Shown: positions 43,222 to 54,066, counted from the stretch's first letter. The stretch: 64,000 nucleotides of DNA from an uncultured Verrucomicrobiae bacterium (GCA_963812605.1 CAWEWF010000014.1:800001-864000), one strand, 5' to 3'. The notes: generated by a model not told the origin, from the sequence alone. Program-made: numbers and translations.

Positions 43222-43467
43222 GGTCGGTGTTGTCGTTTTACTGATTTCCTCCATTCAATTGCATCGAATCCCTCATTCGTCCGAAGGTTTACTAGCGTGA
43301 AGTCTTAGAAGCCAAAGCCGCTGGCGGAGCGAGCACGGTCAATCTGGAGCGCAGGAACGAGCAATAGATTGACGGCGCGCAGCGAGCCGCAGAATCGTGT
43401 CTGGCAGCTAACACCTCGCTCTGCCGAAGTTGGTCGCCGACATTTCTTCGAGGTTCTACCAGCGGGG

Positions 43468-45318
43468 ATGCCAACGCCAGCGACAAAAGGTCCGTTTAAG
43501 GTCTGTCCCAAATCGGGCAGAATCGTCGGTTTCGCCTCCACGTCACCTTGGAGGTTGTTGTGGATCCCATGCGTCGGTTTGGCCGCATTGCTGTGGATCC
43601 TGATGCGAGTCGTTCCAAAACCGAGCCGCGCCAACTATCCGTGCCAGCAGGCAGCCATTCCTCTGGCCGCCGGGTTCATCGGTTATTTGTTATCGTTCCC
43701 GGCCGCGGTGCTGGCCTATCGCAAAGGCCGCCAGAATGTGCGCCGCGCACGCTATTTACTGGCGGGGCTTTGCTTTCTGATGGCGGCGGTCGCGGGGATC
43801 GTGCATTTCTGCACGTCGGCAGAGGAGGCCCACGCGGCATTTGTCACCCACAATCCTCCCAACACGCCCTTGGGCAAAGGCCACGGGATTTTCCCGGGGC
43901 GAGTTGCCTGGGTCTACGATCCGGCGGCGGTTTCCTGGGAGGGCGCCGGCCCTTGGTATGATGATGCCTACAATAGCCAAACCGCCATTGAGGGGATGGT
44001 TTCCCAGGCGGTGCGCTGCGTCGGCGGACAGGCGACCGATGCTGCAGCCTGGAATGCTGTTTTCCACAGTTTTAATCGGCGAACCGGCAGAGGCGATGTT
44101 GCTTACACGCGGGGTGAAACAATTGCCATCAAAATCAACGAAAACAACGTCAACAGCCACGCCAACAACAACGACATCGATGCCTCGCCGCACCTGGTTC
44201 TGGCACTGCTGCGGCAATTGATCAAGCAGGCAGGAGTGGCCGAAGCGGATCTCACCGTGTTTGACGCCAGCCGGTTCATTACCGACAATGTGTTTGACAA
44301 GTGCCACGCCGAATTTCCGGGCGTCGTCTTTGTGGACCACGTCGGCGGCGACGGCCGCGTCCAAGCGACGTTCGTGACCAACGCCATTCCCGGCTCCGTG
44401 CCGTCGACCAATCAAAAAGATTTGGCGACGTGCGATATGGAAGCGAAGTACATCATCAACATGGCTTTGCTTAAGGGGCACGTTGCCCTGGGTGTGACGC
44501 TCTGCGCCAAAAACTTTTTCGGGGTCACAGCCATTGAGACCGACTGGCACAAAAACGGCCCGCGCCATCACGGTTTCGACCCGAAGAAAAACGGCGACCC
44601 AAGCTACGCGGCCTTTGCCGATTATTTAGGGCATCCGGACCTCGGTGGCAAGACGCTGCTCTATATGGTTGATGGCCTTTATGGAGATGCCGCGGTCAGC
44701 GGCGATCCGGCGACGAAATGGAAAATGACGCCGTTCAATAACGGGCATTGCGCCAGCCTTTTTGCTTCTGAAGACGGCGTGGCCATTGACTCGGTGGGGA
44801 TTGATTTTCTGATTTCGGAATTCCCGGGCATGCCGGATTTGCCGTATTGCGATAATTACCTGCAAGAGGCCGCACTGGCCAATAACCCGCCCTCGCACAC
44901 GGTGTATAAGCCGGATGGCGTCCATGTGATTACGAACAGCCTGGGCATTGCCGAACATTGGAACAATCCGCACGACAAGCAATACAGCCGTAACCTCAGC
45001 CCGACCGGCTCCGGAATCGAGCTGATCTCGATTGAGCCCGCGTTGAACATGAGGGTTACCATCACAAGCCCGGCCGGGGGTGCAACGGTGCATTCCGGGA
45101 AGAACGTCAAATTGCAAGCTCACGTCGGCTCAAGTGGAGCGTCGATCAGCAAGGTGGAGTATTACGGCAACGGGAAGGCCATCGGCGTCAGCAGCGCCAG
45201 CCCCTACACTGTCGTTTGGAGCAACGTCCCGGCCGGCACTTATTCGATCACGGCGGTGGCCACCGATACCAATAACTTCTCCGGGCTGTCCACCCCCGTC
45301 TCTGTTCGCGCGGAATGA
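43468..45318 (+). CDS. DUF362 domain protein with N-terminal membrane segments and C-terminal Ig-like domain
   Basis: RVVPKPSRANYPC, GIFPGRVAWV, IAIKIN, LKGH...GVTLCAKNFFG, ITSPAGGA...YSITAVATD; start uncertain. Confidence 0.8.
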   Translation: MPTPATKGPFKVCPKSGRIVGFASTSPWRLLWIPCVGLAALLWILMRVVPKPSRANYPCQQAAIPLAAGFIGYLLSFPAAVLAYRKGRQNVRRARYLLAGLCFLMAAVAGIVHFCTSAEEAHAAFVTHNPPNTPLGKGHGIFPGRVAWVYDPAAVSWEGAGPWYDDAYNSQTAIEGMVSQAVRCVGGQATDAAAWNAVFHSFNRRTGRGDVAYTRGETIAIKINENNVNSHANNNDIDASPHLVLALLRQLIKQAGVAEADLTVFDASRFITDNVFDKCHAEFPGVVFVDHVGGDGRVQATFVTNAIPGSVPSTNQKDLATCDMEAKYIINMALLKGHVALGVTLCAKNFFGVTAIETDWHKNGPRHHGFDPKKNGDPSYAAFADYLGHPDLGGKTLLYMVDGLYGDAAVSGDPATKWKMTPFNNGHCASLFASEDGVAIDSVGIDFLISEFPGMPDLPYCDNYLQEAALANNPPSHTVYKPDGVHVITNSLGIAEHWNNPHDKQYSRNLSPTGSGIELISIEPALNMRVTITSPAGGATVHSGKNVKLQAHVGSSGASISKVEYYGNGKAIGVSSASPYTVVWSNVPAGTYSITAVATDTNNFSGLSTPVSVRAE

Positions 45319-45333
45319 AGGCCGTTGGACCTT

Positions 45334-45554
45334 ATGAATATTCAATTTTCATTCGATGCTCGGGCATCTTTGCCAGCACGCCTTATGACACGAGGTTTAT
45401 GGTGTATGGCAGCGGCTCTTTGCCTGGTTGGATGCGCCTCGAACGGATGGAAGGGATATCAGGGCGGACCATTTCAAGACAGCGTGTATCGGGGCGGGCC
45501 ACAAACGATTCCGGGACGCGTACAATGCGCCTATTATGACTTCGGGGGCGAAGG
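45334..45554 (+). pseudogene. N-terminal remnant of a CBM6-like carbohydrate-binding lipoprotein
   Basis: Lipobox LVGC, YQGGPF...GPQTIPGRVQCAYYDFGGEG, then truncated. Confidence 0.6.
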
Positions 45555-45705
45555 ATCCGGCGATTGGCAACCGTATGATCAACGCCCGCGCTGAAACACT
45601 GGCAGAAAAACCCGCCTTCCGGGCTGCACTGAAGAAGCGTCGCTGCATCATTCCCACCGACGGATTCTTCGAGTGGCGGAAACTCGGCAAGGTGAATCAG
45701 CCCGA
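45546..45705 (+). pseudogene. internal remnant of SOS response-associated peptidase (SRAP)
   Basis: AKDPAIGNRMINARAETLAEKPAFRAALKKRRCIIPTDGFFEW; lacks the MCGR N-terminus and the C-terminus. Confidence 0.8.
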
Positions 45706-45847
45706 ACGGGCTGTTGAAGAACTCTTCCGGCGAAACGCCGTGCGATGGCGAACCGTTATAAACGGATGAGTTTGCTGAACGTGCAGGCCACCGTCCGCAA
45801 TCCGCTCAACGTCCGTAGCGCCCACCGTCTTATCTGGCGCCAAGCGA

Positions 45848-46609
45848 TTACCACCAGAAATACTTGCCCGGGTCGCCGCTCCCCGACGAACATTGTCTCC
45901 GGAGTGCATCCCAAGCATGCCACTCGATATGTCCGTCGGTGTAACCGAGGTTGGATCCGATGGGGATATAATTCGGTCCCAGATGCGCCGATTGGTTGTC
46001 TCCCGGAAAAACCGTGCTCTTTAAATTTGCACCTTGAAAAACAGGCGTGTTATCCGAGAGGATCGCGTCGCAGACCATCAACTGCACCTGGCGACCCTGG
46101 GTGGGGTCCGTACTGTTGATGAGGTCATAGACGAATTTGAATTTTGGGTTCCCAGAGGACGCAATCATCGTCTGCCCACCCCAGGGAGTGCTCATCGTCG
46201 GGTTACCATTGGCATCCGCCCGCTGAATCAGCAGCCAGTAGCCGACACTGGCGCCGCCGCACTGGGGGCAGTTCCAGAAGAGGCCCAGATTGTGGCTTGG
46301 ATTGCTGGGGCAGTAGCAAGCGTTGCTGGTCATTCCGTAATGGGCCACCAAATCGTCGCGGGTGGTCGTACTCATGTCCCAAAGCCAGCCGCCGCCGCCG
46401 TTTGGGGCCACGATGTACACCTTGTTGTCGTGATCATTCGCAAACATCGTCCAGGCTTGCAGTAAATTGCGCATGTTGCTGGCACAGGATGCCTTGTAGG
46501 CGGTCCTGCGGGCGTTGGACAACGCCGGCAGCAACAGCGCGGCCAGGATTCCGATAATGGCGATGACCACCAACAGTTCGATCAGTGTGAAGGCTTTCCT
46601 TGTCTGCAT
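45848..46609 (-). CDS. prepilin-type N-methylation protein (DUF1559/H-X9-DG type)
   Basis: [36 protein letters not shown]...[11 protein letters not shown]. Confidence 0.92.
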   Translation of the reverse strand: MQTRKAFTLIELLVVIAIIGILAALLLPALSNARRTAYKASCASNMRNLLQAWTMFANDHDNKVYIVAPNGGGGWLWDMSTTTRDDLVAHYGMTSNACYCPSNPSHNLGLFWNCPQCGGASVGYWLLIQRADANGNPTMSTPWGGQTMIASSGNPKFKFVYDLINSTDPTQGRQVQLMVCDAILSDNTPVFQGANLKSTVFPGDNQSAHLGPNYIPIGSNLGYTDGHIEWHAWDALRRQCSSGSGDPGKYFWW

Positions 46610-46734
46610 AATCAATTCTCCAGGATCCGAGCGCAGTCGGCGGTCGTTTCGCCGAGTCGCGAACGCAGGCTTTTGCTGTTGCTTAACTTGCCCACTGCCA
46701 CACGACTGCGCCTAATCATACTCGATGCTCCTTT

Positions 46735-49700
46735 TTACGGCACCAGCACGCGAACGCGGTAGTACCGCGACGGGGTGTTCGTCGCCCCGCCCGGATCCAC
46801 CATATTGGTCAACATGCCAAGCCCCACCCCGCCACTGAGGATGTTGCTCACGCCGGTGCTCGCAAAGTTGTTGCTGCTATAGCTGCCGTTGGCCGTGCCC
46901 GTGGTGAACTCCAGCACATTGGTCCGAGAGGAGGGTCCACCCATGTAGCTGGTGTCGCCGCTGGCGCCGAGGTAAATCACGTTGATGTCAGTCGTATTCG
47001 TCCTGGCGACACTGATGATATGCAGGTACGCCGCGTTATTGGTCGGGTTAAAGCCCGCCAGGAACTGGTTGGTGTTACTCATGCCCTTACCCAGTGGATC
47101 CGCACCGCCCAGAGAGTTCGGGCCGCCGCCGGGGTAGTAATGCGTCTGCCACGATGTGAAAGGATCCGCCGCGGCGCCCACCACCAGCAGGATGCGATTG
47201 TTTACCGTGTCGTTGGAAACCGTGCCAGAGAAGCCGCCCGGCAACGACCCTACGTTCAGTGTGTTGTTCACCAGACTGAAGTACGAGAGGATCCTGTAGG
47301 TACCGGGGCCAAAGCCGCCGGCATCGGTGACGTTGAGCGTGCCGGCCAATATCAACTGGCCATTGACCACCGTCTGGTCGCTGTTGGTGCCCAACCCATA
47401 CGCCAGGATCGAGGAATTGTTCAGCACGAGATTGCCCTGGATCGTGAGCGTCCCGGTCGCGGCTGAACCGCCGGGCGACAATGTCGCGCCATTGGCAATC
47501 GTCGCATTGCCCTTGACCGTGCCGCTACCGGCCAGGGTCTGGCCGGCGACAAACGTCATCCCGCCGCCAGTATGACCACTGACATCCAACGTCCCACCAC
47601 TGGATACGGTGATCGTCGGGCTGTTGCTAATCGAGCCGCCCCCGGAAATCGCCAGGGTGCCACTATTGACAGTGGTGACGCCCGTGAAGGTGTTGGTGCC
47701 GGAGAGCGTCCACAGGCCGCTCCCAGCCTTGGTGACAGAGGAGGTGTTGTTGTTATCCGAAATCGTGCCGACGATCGCGCCCAAGCCGCTGGTCGAGCCT
47801 TGCAGCGTCAATGTATGGGCCTGGCCGCCGGCGGCGTTAATATCGAACACCGGGCCGAATTGTAACAGCCCTGTCCCCGATTGATCAATGACACCGCCGC
47901 CCGAGCCCCCCGCGCGGAGGTTGAGGATCCTGGTGCCTACATCACCCGATCCGGTATAGAGCAACGTGCCGGCAAGGTTCCCACCCCCGAAACTGATGGT
48001 CCCGCCCACGCCCAGATTGGCAAGGCTACTCACAATAAGGGTGCCGTTTCTAACATAGCTTTCGCCCGTATAAGTGTTCATGCCGCTGTTATCGTTGGCG
48101 GTCAATATCCAAACGTTGGTGCCATCCTTGGTCACGGAGGTCGAGTTCGTCGTCGTGCCGTTGACATAATCGCTGATCACGCCGTCGACTTCTCCCGTGC
48201 CGGGGCCAGAGCCCTCCAGCGTCAAATTATGAGCCGACGCGCCGCCCACCATTAGGTCGGCACCGAAGTCCAACAACCCGGTCCCTGACATGTCAATGAT
48301 CGCGCCGCCACCGGCATTATCCGCAAGGTTGATCTGTTTGAACGTACTCTCGCCAGGTCCAACATCGGTCAATCTCCCGGCAACACCTCCCGCACCGAAA
48401 TTGATAATCCCTCCCGCGCCCACGCCGCCTGGCGAAAATGCGTCGCCAATGTTGGAGACGACGACAGTCCCATTGTTAATGAACATCGATGCCGAAAAGG
48501 TGTTGGCGCCCAACAGCGCCAGCGTGCCGGCCCCGGCCTTGGTGACGCCGCTGCCGCCGCCACTGATCACGCCCGCAACGGTCAACGTGTTGGTCAATAT
48601 CACTCCGTTGGTCAATGTGCTGGAGTTGACGGTCACCTGCCGGTTGATGCTGTTCGGGAGCGTTACGGCGCCGGTGCCGAGATTCAAATTGGTCACCGAG
48701 CCGGCATAGGTGAAGTTGCCATTCCAAACTTGCGGATTGTTGTTGGCCACCGTGATGGTGTTACTGGTGGTGTTATCAATGGTGCCGCCGTTGATGGTGA
48801 ACGTCCCGGCGGCTGCGCCGAGCGCGCCTGCGTTATTAATGTTCAACTGGCCGGCGGAGAGGGTCGTGCCGCCCGAATGCGTGTTGCTGCTGACGAGCGT
48901 GAACACGCCATTTCCTGTCTTGACCAACGCCAAGGTTGCCGCGGTGTTCTGCACCACACCGGAGAAGATCGAACTGGAGCCGTCGCTACCGACCGTTAGG
49001 GCCGCCGTACCCGCTACGGTGCTATCCACGATGCCACTGCCCGTCAGCCCGCCAATGGTATTGCTATGGCCGGCCAGATCCAGCGTGCCGTTGAGAAGGA
49101 CGCTTCCATTGCCGGAGCCACTGGGGATAACGTTGTTGGCGGCGAGGCGGAGCGTGCCGCTGTTGATCGTGGTGACGCCACTGTAGGTGTTCGTATTCCC
49201 CATCACCGCCAGGCCGCTGCCGCTCATGGTCAAGGTGGCAAAGCCGCTAATCGCCGCGCCGCTGAAGGTATACGTCTTTGCCGTATTCGAAATGATGACG
49301 CCGGCGGGCACCACGTCGGATAGGATCTTCACCGAAGTAATGCTTCCCGTGTCGTCGAACTGCACCAAGCCGCCATCACCATATGTCGACGGTGTGGCGT
49401 TGACGGTCCAGTTGGTCGTAATCTCGATGTCCCAGTTGCTGTTCACGCTGCCTGTCCAAAGCTGAGTCCCAAAGTTGAACACATTCAGGTAGATCGTGTT
49501 GGTAATGGTGGTCAGCGTGGCGGTCATGCCCCCGGGTGGCGTGAAGGTGTTGGTGCCGGCCCCGGCCAGCGTGGTGTAATGGATCAACGGATACGAGTTG
49601 CTCACAACGAAAGCTCCCCCGATAATCTTCAGCCGGTCGGTGCCGTTGAGCGTGTACGTTCCCACCATCAGCGGCGGGACGTTCGAGTTACTCAGGGCAT

Positions 49701-52700
49701 TGAGCTCAATCGTGCCGCCGGTCGTGACACCCAACGTGAGATTGGTCGGCGACCATTGGCTCGTATTGGCGGCGTTCACTCGCAAGGAAGCGCCGTCGGC
49801 TACGGTTACCGCGCCGATGCTGGTCTGCGTCGCCGGAGCGATGAGTTTGCCTGCGGTGACAGCCGTTGGGCCGGTGTAGGTATTCGTCCCGGTAAGCGTC
49901 AAAACGCCGGTGCCCAGCTTCGTCAAGCCACCACCGCCGCCACCGTCCAACAGGGCCTGTCCGATCGTGAGGTTGAAGCCGCTGTCGTCAATCACAGCTC
50001 CACCCGACTGGACTGTGGCCATTGTCAAACCGTTCATGAATGCGGAATGAGAGCCGCTGGCCTTGAGCGTGCCCCCGTTGAAGTTGAAGAAGGAGGCGCC
50101 GTTGGTTCCGCCGAGGTTTTGATTGACGTTGGTGGTGAACAGCGTGCCACCGTTCAGATTGACCGTGCCCATGGCCGTTGCGGCGTTCCCGATAATCAGT
50201 CCGTTGTTACCTCGGACGATCATCTGGCCGCTGTTGGCAACCACCAACGTGCCCGTGCCGAGTTCACCGACGGACGTTGAAGCGAGAGGATTGGCTTGGA
50301 TGACGGAGCCGCCGGAGACATTCAGCGTGCCCCCTTCCTGCTCCCCGATGAGATTCGGTATCTCGCGGCCGATGTAAAGGAAGTTCGAGAATGTGACGGC
50401 GCCACCGGTGACGTTCAACACGCCCCTGCCCCAACCGCCAATCCACGCATTGCCCGCGTTGGGGACAAGTATGGTGCCCCCACTGAGGTTGTAGGTACCC
50501 GAACCCTTGTTGGCAGTCAGGTTCATAGACCCGCCGATATCGAAAACCGGGTCGCCGAGCCCGGTCACCGTCACTGAGCCGCTGACTTGATTCACAACGC
50601 CTTGCGCCGCCGAGCCGGCATTGAAGGCCGAACCTAGGAACATACGGCTGGTAACAACGGTCGCGTTGTTTGAAATATACAGCGTTCCCATGCTGGCGTC
50701 CTGATCGCCGATATTAAAGTCAGCGGTTTCGCTGAACGAAGCATTGCCCTGCAACGTCATCGTGCCGACATCGGCTCCGTTCTGGCCGACGTTGGAGAAA
50801 GTGGTGTTGTTGATAAAACCACCTGTATCCACCACCAGTGCGCCCGACTTTACGAGGGTGCTGCCTGTATAGGTATTCGAGCCGGTGAGAGTGACCGTGC
50901 CGGCGGTGTCCTTGGTCAGTCCACCTGCGCCACCGAATCTGGCGCTGACGGCGCCGCTTTGCACCTCGACGGCCGAACTGGTCAGGACACCTACCGTGCC
51001 GGTGATGGTGCCACTGACAAGCGTGACGGCGCCTATCGTATCGGTGTTGGTGGAAATGTCCACCGTGCCGCCATTGACGGTAAGAGAACCGGCACTGGCG
51101 AGCGCCCCGTTGATGCCGAGCTGCAGGGTACCGCCATTGACGGTGGTGCCCCCCGTGTATGTGCTCACGCCCTTCAGTAGGGTCGTTCCAGTCCCTGCAA
51201 CGGTCAGTCCGTTGGCGCCGCCGGAAATCGGCGAACTGACGATGAAGGGATTGCTGCCGTTGTTGACCCAGGTCTGGTTGAAGCCCAAGGCATAGCCATT
51301 GGCGTTGATGGTAACGGAACCCGCGCCGGAATCAATTGTGATACCGTTGATATTGGTCAGTGTATTGGCTCCCGAGATGGTCACATTGCTGGCCGTCGAG
51401 AATTCCAAGGTATTGATGGCGAAATCGGCTCCCAACGTGGTGGCGAAGTTACCGGCGTTGACCGTCGCGAACGTTACGGCTGACGGCGCACCCGGGGGAG
51501 ACGATAGGTTGTTTGTGCCAGTTGAGTCTGGCGACCAGTCGGCCGCATTGTTCCAAGTTGCGCCAGCGCCGCCCTGCCAGAACGCTGTGGGCGGAAGCGA
51601 CGAGGTGACCTGGACAAAGAGGTCGCCGCCGCTGACTGCCAGCGCGAATCCGAAAGGACCCGACGGCACTGTGCCAAGAATGAAGGCATTCGTATTGGCA
51701 AGACCACCGCCGGTGATGAGCCGGTAGTTACCCACGGTGCCAAAGCCGCCGGCTGCGGACACATTGACCGTATTGAGTCCACTGGCCGCAAAGCTGCCCC
51801 CGGCGACCACAATATTATTGGTTGCGGCCACGCCACCGAGAGAGAAACCAAGGACGTTGTTATTCAGCGTCACACCATTGCTGACGATCAAGGTAGCTGC
51901 CACGCTGTTCGTCAGATTCATCGAGGCGCCGGTGCCCATGGCGACCGAGCCACTGATCGTGCTCGCGCCCGAGCCACTCAAGGTCAGGCTATTGCCAACC
52001 GAGACGGAGCCGCCGAGCTTGGCGCCGCTCAACCTCAAGGTGCCGCTGGCGACGGTGGTCAGGCCTGTGTAGGTGTTGGCGCCGCTCAGGGTTACCGTGC
52101 CGATGCCGTTCTTGGTCAATCCGCCGCTGGCGCTGGTGCTGGTGCCAAGCGTCGCCGTGAGCGTGCCGGGCGCGCCGCCACCGTCGACGAGTGTGACGGT
52201 CGGAGTGCTGGTGTAGCCGTCGCCAGGATCCGTGATCGTGATGGTGCTGATCGTGCCGCTTCCATCCCAGTTCGCAACAGCCGTTGCCGGCACGGTGGGA
52301 TTGCCGCCCGAGATCCGCACGTACGGCGCGCCGGTGTAGCCGGTGGCCCCGCTGACCGCGATGCTGACGACTCCGGTTCCCGTCGGGGCCAGCAATGATT
52401 GCCCGATAGTGACCGCGGCGCCATTGTCATCAAGCGTCAAGCCGCCGCTGTACATGGTGGCCCGGGTAAGGCCGGCGAGAAAATTGGCATTGTTTGCTAG
52501 CGCCTTCAAGGTGCCACCATTGAAATTGAGGTAGCCGATCGGTGATTGGACTGCACCCAGAATAATGTTCAACGTTTGCAGGAACCCGCCGGCGTTGAGA
52601 TTCAGGATCGCGACACGTCCAGCATCGATCGCCCCAGGGGTGCTTACGCTCGTGCCGAGGCCGACCCCTCCGATCAAGCTTACGTTTCCCGTTCCCGAAA

Positions 52701-54066
52701 TTGTCACTGTATTGGTTGAGTGTCCTCCCTTGCCGCCAATGCCCATACACAAGTTATTCGCCCCTCCCGTGGCCGGCGCGGTCGCCGTAAGAGTACCGCC
52801 GGAAATATAAAGGACCGTGTTGCCGCCAGGGTCCGTCCCGGCATTGGCATTGTCATTCAGGCTAACAGTCAATCCGTTGACGTTTACCGACCCGCTGTTG
52901 CTGAGGTAAAATAGAAATGCCGAATTGGTGCCGCCTTGCGCCTGCCCAATACGCCAACGGTTGACGCCAACCACGGTGAAAGACCCGCCCGACATATTGT
53001 AGAACCCGTAGTTGGTTCCTGTGCTCGGGGTATCCGACCCCATCTTCAGGTTCTGGCTAACCGTAATGGAACCGCCATTCTGGTTCAGAACCCCCACCGT
53101 GTTCACAAAATTGCCAATGAAAATATTTTGAACGCTGGTTCCGGGAAGATTGACGAACGCGCCAGGAAGGACATTAACGACCCCAATCGGAGTCCCATTT
53201 GGCCCACCCACACCAAGCCCGGCGTTAGCGGCCGTAGCACCGCTATTTTGGAAGGTACCGGTAAGATTAAACGTGCCGTTACTCACAATGAGCAAGCCAG
53301 TGCCGGTATCGTTCCCGCTCAGCGTCAGGGTTCCCGCGCCCACTTTGGTAAGCGTGAATGTGCCGCCGCCGTTTGCCAAGGTGTTGCTGATCGTCGTACT
53401 GCCCGAACCACCAACAAAAAGATTCTTGATGCCTGCAGCTCCGCCGGTGCCGCCCGTGATTCCGCCCGTGAGCGTCAACAACTGACCGGAATTGTTCGCA
53501 AGATTGTAAGTACCGGCGGGCGCATTCGTGCCGAGGGTGAGGCTGGCGTTAACCAACTCTGGTTTGATGACTGTTGAGTTCACAGTGATGACACCATTGC
53601 TCTGTAAGGTAAGCGTCTCGCTGCCCGCCGCCCCGATACCTATCGTGTACGCTGCCGCACCGGACGTATCGAAGACGATGTTGCCGATGCTAACACCGGC
53701 CGAGAGATCGATGTTTGTATTGCCACTACCGGCGTTGCTGAATGTCGCCGTATCGTTGACGCCCGGGACCGGCGCTGCGGTCCAATCGTTAACGTTCGAC
53801 CAGATCGCGTCCGCAGTCCCGGTCCACGTCGCACTTGCCGCACGCGAAGTGGCCGGCACAGCCAGCGCCGTTACAAGTGCCAAACTCCAGGGCATAAGAC
53901 GCTTGGCAAAAAAAGATGCGCAGAAAGGGAGATTAGCGATTCTCAGAGGCTGTCTCACGGCTTCGCTGCTATGATTCTCTGAGTTTCTCTCACTTCGCAT
54001 ATCCGGTGCAATCCGCGTTCCTTCGGCCGATTGACCAGATCTGAAGGAGCAAGTTGAATCATTCAT
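46735..54066 (-). CDS. giant secreted PATR (autotransporter-associated beta-strand repeat) protein, adhesin-like
   Basis: About ten LTKxGxGTLTLxGxNTYTG repeats, G/T/N/S-rich, signal-like segment near 53895, ends RYYRVRVLVP; start uncertain (RBS before ATG 54066). Confidence 0.9.
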   Translation of the reverse strand: MNDSTCSFRSGQSAEGTRIAPDMRSERNSENHSSEAVRQPLRIANLPFCASFFAKRLMPWSLALVTALAVPATSRAASATWTGTADAIWSNVNDWTAAPVPGVNDTATFSNAGSGNTNIDLSAGVSIGNIVFDTSGAAAYTIGIGAAGSETLTLQSNGVITVNSTVIKPELVNASLTLGTNAPAGTYNLANNSGQLLTLTGGITGGTGGAAGIKNLFVGGSGSTTISNTLANGGGTFTLTKVGAGTLTLSGNDTGTGLLIVSNGTFNLTGTFQNSGATAANAGLGVGGPNGTPIGVVNVLPGAFVNLPGTSVQNIFIGNFVNTVGVLNQNGGSITVSQNLKMGSDTPSTGTNYGFYNMSGGSFTVVGVNRWRIGQAQGGTNSAFLFYLSNSGSVNVNGLTVSLNDNANAGTDPGGNTVLYISGGTLTATAPATGGANNLCMGIGGKGGHSTNTVTISGTGNVSLIGGVGLGTSVSTPGAIDAGRVAILNLNAGGFLQTLNIILGAVQSPIGYLNFNGGTLKALANNANFLAGLTRATMYSGGLTLDDNGAAVTIGQSLLAPTGTGVVSIAVSGATGYTGAPYVRISGGNPTVPATAVANWDGSGTISTITITDPGDGYTSTPTVTLVDGGGAPGTLTATLGTSTSASGGLTKNGIGTVTLSGANTYTGLTTVASGTLRLSGAKLGGSVSVGNSLTLSGSGASTISGSVAMGTGASMNLTNSVAATLIVSNGVTLNNNVLGFSLGGVAATNNIVVAGGSFAASGLNTVNVSAAGGFGTVGNYRLITGGGLANTNAFILGTVPSGPFGFALAVSGGDLFVQVTSSLPPTAFWQGGAGATWNNAADWSPDSTGTNNLSSPPGAPSAVTFATVNAGNFATTLGADFAINTLEFSTASNVTISGANTLTNINGITIDSGAGSVTINANGYALGFNQTWVNNGSNPFIVSSPISGGANGLTVAGTGTTLLKGVSTYTGGTTVNGGTLQLGINGALASAGSLTVNGGTVDISTNTDTIGAVTLVSGTITGTVGVLTSSAVEVQSGAVSARFGGAGGLTKDTAGTVTLTGSNTYTGSTLVKSGALVVDTGGFINNTTFSNVGQNGADVGTMTLQGNASFSETADFNIGDQDASMGTLYISNNATVVTSRMFLGSAFNAGSAAQGVVNQVSGSVTVTGLGDPVFDIGGSMNLTANKGSGTYNLSGGTILVPNAGNAWIGGWGRGVLNVTGGAVTFSNFLYIGREIPNLIGEQEGGTLNVSGGSVIQANPLASTSVGELGTGTLVVANSGQMIVRGNNGLIIGNAATAMGTVNLNGGTLFTTNVNQNLGGTNGASFFNFNGGTLKASGSHSAFMNGLTMATVQSGGAVIDDSGFNLTIGQALLDGGGGGGLTKLGTGVLTLTGTNTYTGPTAVTAGKLIAPATQTSIGAVTVADGASLRVNAANTSQWSPTNLTLGVTTGGTIELNALSNSNVPPLMVGTYTLNGTDRLKIIGGAFVVSNSYPLIHYTTLAGAGTNTFTPPGGMTATLTTITNTIYLNVFNFGTQLWTGSVNSNWDIEITTNWTVNATPSTYGDGGLVQFDDTGSITSVKILSDVVPAGVIISNTAKTYTFSGAAISGFATLTMSGSGLAVMGNTNTYSGVTTINSGTLRLAANNVIPSGSGNGSVLLNGTLDLAGHSNTIGGLTGSGIVDSTVAGTAALTVGSDGSSSIFSGVVQNTAATLALVKTGNGVFTLVSSNTHSGGTTLSAGQLNINNAGALGAAAGTFTINGGTIDNTTSNTITVANNNPQVWNGNFTYAGSVTNLNLGTGAVTLPNSINRQVTVNSSTLTNGVILTNTLTVAGVISGGGSGVTKAGAGTLALLGANTFSASMFINNGTVVVSNIGDAFSPGGVGAGGIINFGAGGVAGRLTDVGPGESTFKQINLADNAGGGAIIDMSGTGLLDFGADLMVGGASAHNLTLEGSGPGTGEVDGVISDYVNGTTTNSTSVTKDGTNVWILTANDNSGMNTYTGESYVRNGTLIVSSLANLGVGGTISFGGGNLAGTLLYTGSGDVGTRILNLRAGGSGGGVIDQSGTGLLQFGPVFDINAAGGQAHTLTLQGSTSGLGAIVGTISDNNNTSSVTKAGSGLWTLSGTNTFTGVTTVNSGTLAISGGGSISNSPTITVSSGGTLDVSGHTGGGMTFVAGQTLAGSGTVKGNATIANGATLSPGGSAATGTLTIQGNLVLNNSSILAYGLGTNSDQTVVNGQLILAGTLNVTDAGGFGPGTYRILSYFSLVNNTLNVGSLPGGFSGTVSNDTVNNRILLVVGAAADPFTSWQTHYYPGGGPNSLGGADPLGKGMSNTNQFLAGFNPTNNAAYLHIISVARTNTTDINVIYLGASGDTSYMGGPSSRTNVLEFTTGTANGSYSSNNFASTGVSNILSGGVGLGMLTNMVDPGGATNTPSRYYRVRVLVP

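Noticed and set aside
42985-43300. Group I intron in tRNA-Ile(CAU)
   Set aside because: tRNA sequence continues 4 nt past the anticodon; no 3' exon or intron core was recognisable
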